DNA of 63,971 bases, filler included, from Kipferlia bialata (taxonomy: Eukaryota): NCBI GenBank assembly GCA_003568945.1. It is 6 parts of 6 records of this genome, joined end to end, with 100 filler letters (N's around TTAATTAATTAA, not from the genome) between each part and the next. Parts side by side here need not be neighbours in the genome. Positions count along the whole stretch, not along the records: positions 54,693 to 61,087 come from BDIP01000969.1; positions 61,188 to 63,971 come from BDIP01001035.1; 4 more parts are not named here. The stretch is one strand, 5' to 3'. The notes below the pieces were generated by a model that was not told where the DNA came from, made no database searches, and saw nothing but the letters and a program-made list of their open reading frames with translations. A program made the position numbers and the translations under genes. Shown here one piece after another: positions 56,927-63,971 of the stretch (position 1 is the stretch's first letter; every line of letters starts with the position of its first letter).

Positions 56927-59041
56927 ATGGAACCGGAAGACCCAGGTTCCGCGTCCCTTTGGGATATGGACCTCAAAAGTGCGGAATTCTCGCCTGGAGT
57001 CGCTAAAGGAGCATCCAACATGCTTTCCCAGAGCGCCCCGGTGTCCCCTTCGCCTCAAGGGTACCATAGCGCCGGCCAGGCTCCTCTGCACTACAACAGG
57101 GCCGTGTTTTCTGCACTGAACATGATGCAGAAGAACCTGTACCACCACGCTCTGGTTGAGGCCCGCCTTACCATCAGCAGCGACGGCTGGATCCCCCTGG
57201 GCCAGGTCAGCGATGTCACAGGCGTCAGCCGCAGTGATATTGTATCCACGATCCTGGCAGACCGTAACAGGACCTACGAGCTGGAAGAGGGTCACAATGG
57301 TATGGATTTTCACTCTGTCCAGTCTCATACCCTGCCCACTGTTTGGTTGCTTATGTTACCTCTGCATAGATATTGGACTCGAGAGGTACCTCTTGTGTGA
57401 TAATTGGTATTGGAGTTGGATTTACCCCCCTACCTATGCCTCTCACCCTAGGCCTGAGGCTTAACATGGCATCCCACCTGCAGAGGTGGGGGGGACGGGG
57501 CCAGGTGCCCCCCATTGTGTACTTCTATGCACCCCTCAAGCGGGTCGGCATGCTGGTCCACAAGGGAATCACCCCCTCCCCCCTCAACCGCCAGCTGATC
57601 CTGCTGCACCACTCCCCTTCACCCCCCGCAGACTCGGTTGCTCTCCCCATCCACACCCACCTTCTGCCCTCCTGTGCCGCCTCCAGCCGTGACCCCACAG
57701 TGGTCCTGGCCACAGAGGTCCCAGTCAGGTGGGGAGGTTGATGTATCATGCACTACCTTGGGGTGTCATGAGGGACAGATCGTCTATCATTCATATTGTG
57801 CATGAATAATCATGAACACACAAGATATTTATGTGTGTGTATAAGTTCTCTGCAGTTCTGGTTGCCCTTGAACTCACCGCAGGGCCATTGACCTAGAGAT
57901 TGCACCTGGTCAGCTCCTGCCCTTCTTCGAGGCAGTCTGCCCATACAGGTACTATGTTACTACTCATACTTGCTAAATGTGGTTACTGGTGTACTATCCG
58001 TGTATTTTGTGTTTCTGTCCATATTTCCAGTGTCATTGTTTCCCTAAATCCTAGGTTATATGTATGTGTATACTTGCAGTATGCTTCCCGACTTCCATAT
58101 CCCCACACGTCTCTCTCTGTCTTACCCCCAGACTCCTTATTGTGGTTATGGGTCATGCATGCTACTCGCTCTACTCCGTGTCCCGCCCTCTGGCTGCCCC
58201 TGCCCCCCTCACCCCTGTGTGTGAGCTTGTCCCCCCCCATGTCCTCCTCCACTGGCTGTGTGCATGGTACCCCCACAACGTGTACAAGTCCCTGGTAGAA
58301 GGGGACTCCATCATGTACCACACCCTCCTGGTAGGGTGTGATGTGGACAGTGTGGTGGATGCCTTGTCCACCCTTGCCAACTGTGCCGCAGAGGCTGTCA
58401 GGGAGAGTGGTCTGGAGGACGCCCGCCACCGCGTGCCCGACCTGTTCCTCAACGTGGTCCCTGACGCCCTGACCACTGGCCCCGACCCCCTGGATAGGCT
58501 GCACTCCCTGCACGACGCCAACACCCTCGGCTGCAACCTGCGCTTCCCCAACACGACCACCCCCCTCGACCCAGGTGTGCCCTGTGAGGTGGGGGGCAGT
58601 GGAGAGCCCGCCAGCTGGGAGCCAGTCGTCAGCCTCCCCGGCACATGGGTGGATGCGGAGGACGTGCCCCCTCCCCCTGCCTCATGTCCCGAGCCCAGGG
58701 AGACACGGGTGGTGTCCTGGAACGTACTGTCCAATGCCGGTATCACCATGCCGGACATCTTCCTCGGTGCCTCGAGGCGTCCCTTCCTGGCCAGGGCTAG
58801 GTCCCACAAGGTCCGGTCCATCATCCTAGAGTCAGGTGCAGACATTGTGGGTCTGCAGGAGACAGGCAGCGACCTGCCCCTCTTCGCCCACCTCCGTGAC
58901 AACGGGTTTGCAGCATCCTATGCCGATAGGCCATGCTCCAGTGACGGGAGTGTGTTCCCAGTAGGAGTGGCACTAGCCTGGAAGAAGGGTGCGACATGTG
59001 TATATGTCCCCATCACTCTATGTATTGTTATCTTTCTTATC

Positions 59042-59080
<39 letters not shown>

Positions 59081-60152
59081 CCCCCTTCTGACCCCAGCCC
59101 GGTACTCCAAGGAGGAGGAGGAGGTCATCAACATGGAGTGCCTGTCGGACAGACACACCCTCGAGGGTGTACTAGGGTGCAACCTGGACCACGTCTCTCC
59201 CTCGGACCTCAAGCGCTTCCACAGATACAACAGAGGCCTCATCCTCCGTCTCAAGTGCAGGGAGACCGGGCTCATGCTCATAGTGGGTATGTGGGAGTAT
59301 GTCTCTCTCTCTCTCTCTCTATGCATATATACCCCTCGTGTTCTCACCCCAGGCTGTGCCCATCTGCAGTGGGACCCCTGCCTGGTGCCTGTCAAGGTGT
59401 CCCAGGTGGCCCTTGTCCTACAGAGGATGCACCAGATGGGCCAGGCAGAGCTGCAGAGGCAGGAGAGTGGCGAGGAGGAGACGGCCAAGGGAGTGCGCTA
59501 CATCCTGCTGGGTGACTTCAACGCAGAGCCCGACACCGTCACCAGGCGCTACATCACTGCGAGGGAGCCTGTTGACATTGCGTCCTACCTGTCTGTGGCC
59601 AAGAGCCACTGCGAGTTCCAGCACGACAACACATCGGGCTACAACATGGACTGCTCGGCCTTCTTCCGCACCCCCCTGCGCCCCCCGGCCATAGCCCTGA
59701 CCTCTAGCTACTCGCACTCCTCCCCCGCTGTCTGCACACCCGTGTCTGACAGGCTGGACTGCGGGGACGCCTCTCTCCCCAACCCCATCTGCTGCAACGA
59801 GCCCTACGCCACTACCCGCCACCGCACATTCACCGGCACCCTCGACTATGTGTTTGTGGGCGAGGAGGTTGCTGTCAAGCGGCTGATGAGTGTACCCTGT
59901 CTGTCTGACAGCTACATACCCGACATGGGGTGCCCCTCAGACCATCTGCCCATAGGCGCCACACTCACCTTCGGAGTGGGGCAGGAGCCCGCCCCCTCTC
60001 CCCCCACCCCACCCCCCAAGCCCCGGCCTGTCTCCCCTGTCCCTGCTAGACTGGAGCCCACCCCTGAGCCTACCCTGCAGTTCAAGAGGCCCACGCCCCC
60101 TAAGAGACAGAGTGTGTGGGTGGCGATGGATGTCGACAAGACAAAGGGCTGA
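56927..60152 (+). CDS. CCR4/Angel/nocturnin-family EEP phosphatase/nuclease with an N-terminal degenerate Tpt1/KptA-like domain (853 aa, 6 exons)
   Basis: Exons 56927-57299, 57452-57728, 57883-57948, 58132-58988, 59098-59286 and 59353-60152 (2562 nt, in frame). EEP motifs SWNVL, ADIVGLQE, HLQWDP, GDFNA, TLDYVF, PSDHLP. The N-terminal LTISSDGWIPLGQV...PPIVYF...HKGITP region is Tpt1-like. Confidence 0.85.
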
Positions 60153-60438
60153 GGGGGGAGAGAGGGTCGCAGTACCCATTTCACACACTCTCTCCATCAT
60201 GGCACAGTGACCAAGAACAACAAAAACAAAAAGAAAGGAAGGAAGAAGACAAAAAGAAACAGTCTGTTGCAGAATAGACTTTGACCCAATCCTGTTGTGT
60301 GTTAGTAGTGTTACACTAGTTGGTACTAAGTATCTTGACCATCTTGACACTGCTGACGTATTTATGGAAAGGGCGACCCTGGCATTAGGGCCATCATATG
60401 TGGTAGAAATATTGCTTCGGGATAAGCATATGTCAGTG

Positions 60439-61035
60439 TTACATATCCTCGAAGAATGCTGTGCGTGTTGCCCTCCGTCTGTCCTTGCCCTTCTCCTTGG
60501 CCAGCACCCTCTTGGCCCTCCTGCCCTTCTCTGACACTATGCCGGCCCTGGGGTGAGGTGGGGGGGGGGTAAGTAGTAGGTACTGCACTATATACACCCT
60601 ACACTACCTAGCTCTCTTGACTGGTTCATCTGAGGCATCGTCTCTGAGGAAGGGGAGGTACCACAACTGGGATGAGACGGGGTGTGAGGATGAGACCTTC
60701 CATATATACCATACACCGCTACCCACCTTTGCCACGTGACTGTGTGCTGTGGTCACCATGGCACAACCATCCGAGGATAGACAGATGGAGGTCACGGGGA
60801 GCTGACCCTAGAGATGAGGGGAGAAGGTGACAGAACTCTAACGCTACATACGGAATGAAACAGAACACATTTTAGAACACCCATGTGAATACTGGTATGA
60901 GAACATATCGTGTGTGCGTGTAGTATACCTCGTGTACGCATGGTGTGCCAATGATCCTGTTGGGGCATATCTGCACCAGCCTCACACACCCGTCAAAGCA
61001 CCCCAGCAGCAGAGTGGCCTCATCGGCCATGCACA
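60439..61035 (-). CDS. WDR55: WD40 protein WDR55/JIP5-like, 3' exons
   Basis: DEATLLLGCFDGCVRLVQICPNRIIG..HE|GQLPVTSICLSSDG...AK|LW... followed by a basic tail ending AFFEDM*, resembling the WDR55 C-terminus. Confidence 0.75.
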
Positions 61036-61087
61036 CTGGGGTAAGGGGGGGGGGGGGGGGGGGGGGCGCCCAAAAAAAAAATATACT

Positions 61088-61187
61088 NNNNNNNNNNNNN
61101 NNNNNNNNNNNNNNNNNNNNNNNNNNNNNNNTTAATTAATTAANNNNNNNNNNNNNNNNNNNNNNNNNNNNNNNNNNNNNNNNNNNN
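61088..61187. other. Gap/linker (N run with TTAATTAATTAA)
   Basis: Same linker motif; it may be an internal scaffold gap. Confidence 0.9.
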
Positions 61188-61246
61188 TTCCCCTGACCCC
61201 CCTTCCCTTCCCCCCCCCCCCCCCCCCCTCCCCCTTCTGATGTCAG

Positions 61247-62093
61247 GTTTGGTGTGAAGGCTGGTGTGCACAACCCTGAGCTCCCCGTGCTGTCTAGGGA
61301 GAACGCCCTAGCCCGTTTCAACAAGGGTGCCTGGCCTGTCATGATGACTGTGGACACGGGGGAGGAGGAGGAGGCAGAGAGGGCAGATACCAGGGACGGC
61401 GAGACTGGCGGAGCCGCCGAGGGCAACAGCTCCAGGGGTCTGGACATTGCCGGTCTGGACTGTGTGCTCAACTTCGACCTCCCCTCCTCTGCCACTCAGT
61501 ATGTGCACAGGGTGGGCAGGACAAGCCGAGGCCTGGGCCCCAAGGGCATCGCCATCTCCTTCCAGCTGCCTGGGAGTGAGGGCATGGTGGCTGAGATCGA
61601 GGACATGCAGAGAGAGAGATACGGCACAGCCCAGATCACACCCTTCTCCTTCCGCACCGACCTTATCTCGCAGTTCAAGTACCGGGTGGAGGACGTCTCT
61701 GGCGCCATCACCAAGCGGAGAGTGACTGAGTACAGAGCGGCTGAGATCAAGAACGACCTGATCCAGGCCGAGAAGTTGAAGGACTACTTTGCGGCACACC
61801 CTACTGAGCGGAAGGTGCTGCTGGGTGCCCTATCCAACCCTGTCCTCGAGAGGCAGCGGTTCCTGTCCCAGCACCTCACCAGGGTGCCCCAGTACCTGAT
61901 CCCAGGCGCCAGGGAGCTGTCGACCAATGTGCCTTGGGTCCAGGATCTGCACACCTCCAAGAACAAGAGGAGGAGCATGCGGAAGGGGCGGAAGTACGGC
62001 AAGGGCAAGGCCAAGAACAAGCACGTGGCCAGGGGGAAGAAGAAGGCTAACCCCCTCAAGTCCTTCAAGCTCAGCTCCAAGCGCAAGCCATAG
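61247..62093 (+). CDS. DDX56: DEAD-box RNA helicase DDX56/DBP9, terminal exon
   Basis: ELPVLSR...FNKG, SRGLD..VLNFDLP..QYVHRVGRTSRG, FKYRVED...EIKNDLIQAEKLKDYF and a basic tail with NPLKSFK. Confidence 0.9.
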
Positions 62094-62239
62094 GACCCCG
62101 GTTAAACCCATTAACCCGTTGGCAACGCCAGTGTCTTTCTGTTAGTTATATATTTTCATCGTGGGTGTGTGTTTGGTGTTGTGAACTGGATAAATAGTAT
62201 TCGTTTCTGAGTAGGTGTCTCTGCGTTCTATTACACTCC

Positions 62240-63819
62240 TCAGTCTCTGTTCTTCCTGTGGCTGAACCCCTTGTCGAAGGGCCTCACTGGCAGGGGCTCC
62301 TTGTCTCCATCCCTCGCCCTCTTTACCCTCTCCTTCCCATCAAACTTGCCCTCATCGGCTAGCTCAGCCGCCCTGCCAGCCAGGATAGTGGGCCTCATGT
62401 AGTTCTCTGGGTTGGAGGGTGTCTTTCTCTTGACCCCCTTTGTCTTGATGACTGTTAGCAGGCCAGGGCGGTCACGGCCAGTCTCGTCCTGGAGGGTGAG
62501 AGGTAGTGTATATATAGGTACATACTATAGATGAGAGAGAGATATGATAGATATCACCCCCCCCCCCCTCCCCAGATATATGAGAGAGTCACTAGAGAGT
62601 ACCCCTCCCTACCTTCATGACCTCCTTGTCTGCTGTGCAGTGGATGACACCACTCTGTGTGCCGGCATAGCACTGGTTGGTGACACCATGCCACAGGACC
62701 ACATTGCATGGACCCATACCCACCAGAGGGTGCACATCCACCACATCCATGGTGTCTGTATCCAGGTACACCACGGCACCGTCCTCTGCCACCAGGCCCT
62801 TGGTGCCCTCTCTCTCTCCCACCCCCACCATCAGCACACTGCCATCGGGGGACAAGGCTATACTCTGGGGCAGGTTGTACACTGAGGGCAGGGGTGTCTC
62901 TGTGATTGTGACAGCACCCTTCGTCAGATTACGCATGTCCACAGACACAATGTGGCCGTCACTCAGCCTGGCAAAGAGGGTCTCGGACTCCTTGGCAAGG
63001 ACTAGCGAGGTGGGCTTCACACCAGCTGACTTGCCAAGACCACCCTTGATGTCAGTATACGTGCCATATCAGTATACTGATACTGATACTGATACCTTGA
63101 TATCAATGCACATGCCGCAGTCCCTGTGGGGGGTGCGCATGTCAACACGCATCAGACTGCCGTCCTCACTGCCTAGGGGGTCAGAGACACATACACACTC
63201 ATATATACATACAATACATAGTTCTATGCACCTGCCACCACCGTAGCACTGTTGGATGCCATCCTGCCACAGGAGACAGAGGCCAGACACTCGAGACCCG
63301 TGCCCTTGCCCCTCTGCCGGCCATGTCTAGAGGGTCAGGGGGATACACATTCTATATATATCCATATATCTATATAAATATAGATAGATAGATATGCCCC
63401 TCTGCCGGCCATGTCTAGATATGAGAAGAGATATATATACAAAGATATATATGAGAAGAGGAGGGCATAGAGGTAGATATATACAGCGTGTCTAGAGGGT
63501 GAGGGGGATACACATTCTATATATATATATATACATAGAGAAAGGGGGAGGCGATATATATAGATAGATAGAAACATATAGGTGCAGGGAGGTAGATACC
63601 ACTGTGTGTAGATACTCACCTCCCTCTGTACGCAAACACTGCCTGGTTCTTGCAGGGAGAGGGAGAGGGAGAGGTATATACACTATAAACAGACTGAGTG
63701 TGTATAGAGTGCCTACCTCCCTCTGTATGCAAACACTGCCTGGTTCTTGCAGGGGTACCCCTTGCTCACATCCCACAGTCTGATGGTGGCATCCATGCCA
63801 CACGTCACAATCTTAGAGC
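62240..63819 (-). CDS. WDR70: WD40 protein WDR70-like, 3' exons
   Basis: IVTCGMDATIRLWDV, GSEDGSL, VDMRNLTK...LPSVYN..SIALSPDGSVLMVG...GAVVYLD...VVLWHGVTNQCYAGTQSG. This resembles WDR70 (..FSPDDKLIVTG...LWHPKLNQIMVGTG.G). Confidence 0.7.
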
Positions 63820-63971
63820 CTATTGGGTGAGAGAGAGGTTGGGTATCTATGCCACAGGTCACAATCTTAGAGCCTATTGGGTGAGAGAGATAATATAGAG
63901 TGGGTATACAGGGATATCGCCTTAGTACTATCTAAGGGGGGGGGGGGGGGGGGGGTGGAGGGGGCCCCGGG

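Noticed and set aside
60439..62093. Apparent cluster of ribosome-biogenesis genes (WDR55, DDX56)
   Set aside because: Separated by a linker or gap, so adjacency is unproven.

Overview
Eukaryotic, intron-dense protist DNA. The (AT)n/(GA)n-rich short introns, branch points adjacent to the acceptor (YTRAC-CCC-YAG) and expanded Kelch-like and LRR genes suggest a free-living fornicate such as Kipferlia bialata; this identification is inference only. The window is a concatenation of five or six scaffold pieces joined by ~100-nt N/TTAATTAATTAA linkers. Recognisable spliced genes: NOT2/3/5-box protein, RSPH9 (last exon), BiP-type HSP70 (3' part), dihydrolipoamide dehydrogenase, primase small subunit fragment, MSH3, IMP4, a RING-H2/ARM protein, a modular one-exon-per-repeat LRR protein, WDR55, DDX56, WDR70, three Kelch-like propeller genes and several unknowns. 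Three observations stand out. (1) Many introns hold 'echo' copies of adjacent exon ends together with their splice sites, and these copies differ from the real exon mostly at synonymous positions. (2) An 853-aa predicted protein fuses a degenerate Tpt1/KptA-like domain to an intact CCR4/Angel-family EEP phosphatase domain. (3) One otherwise intact multi-exon gene has two in-frame TAG codons. All gene models were assembled by eye.
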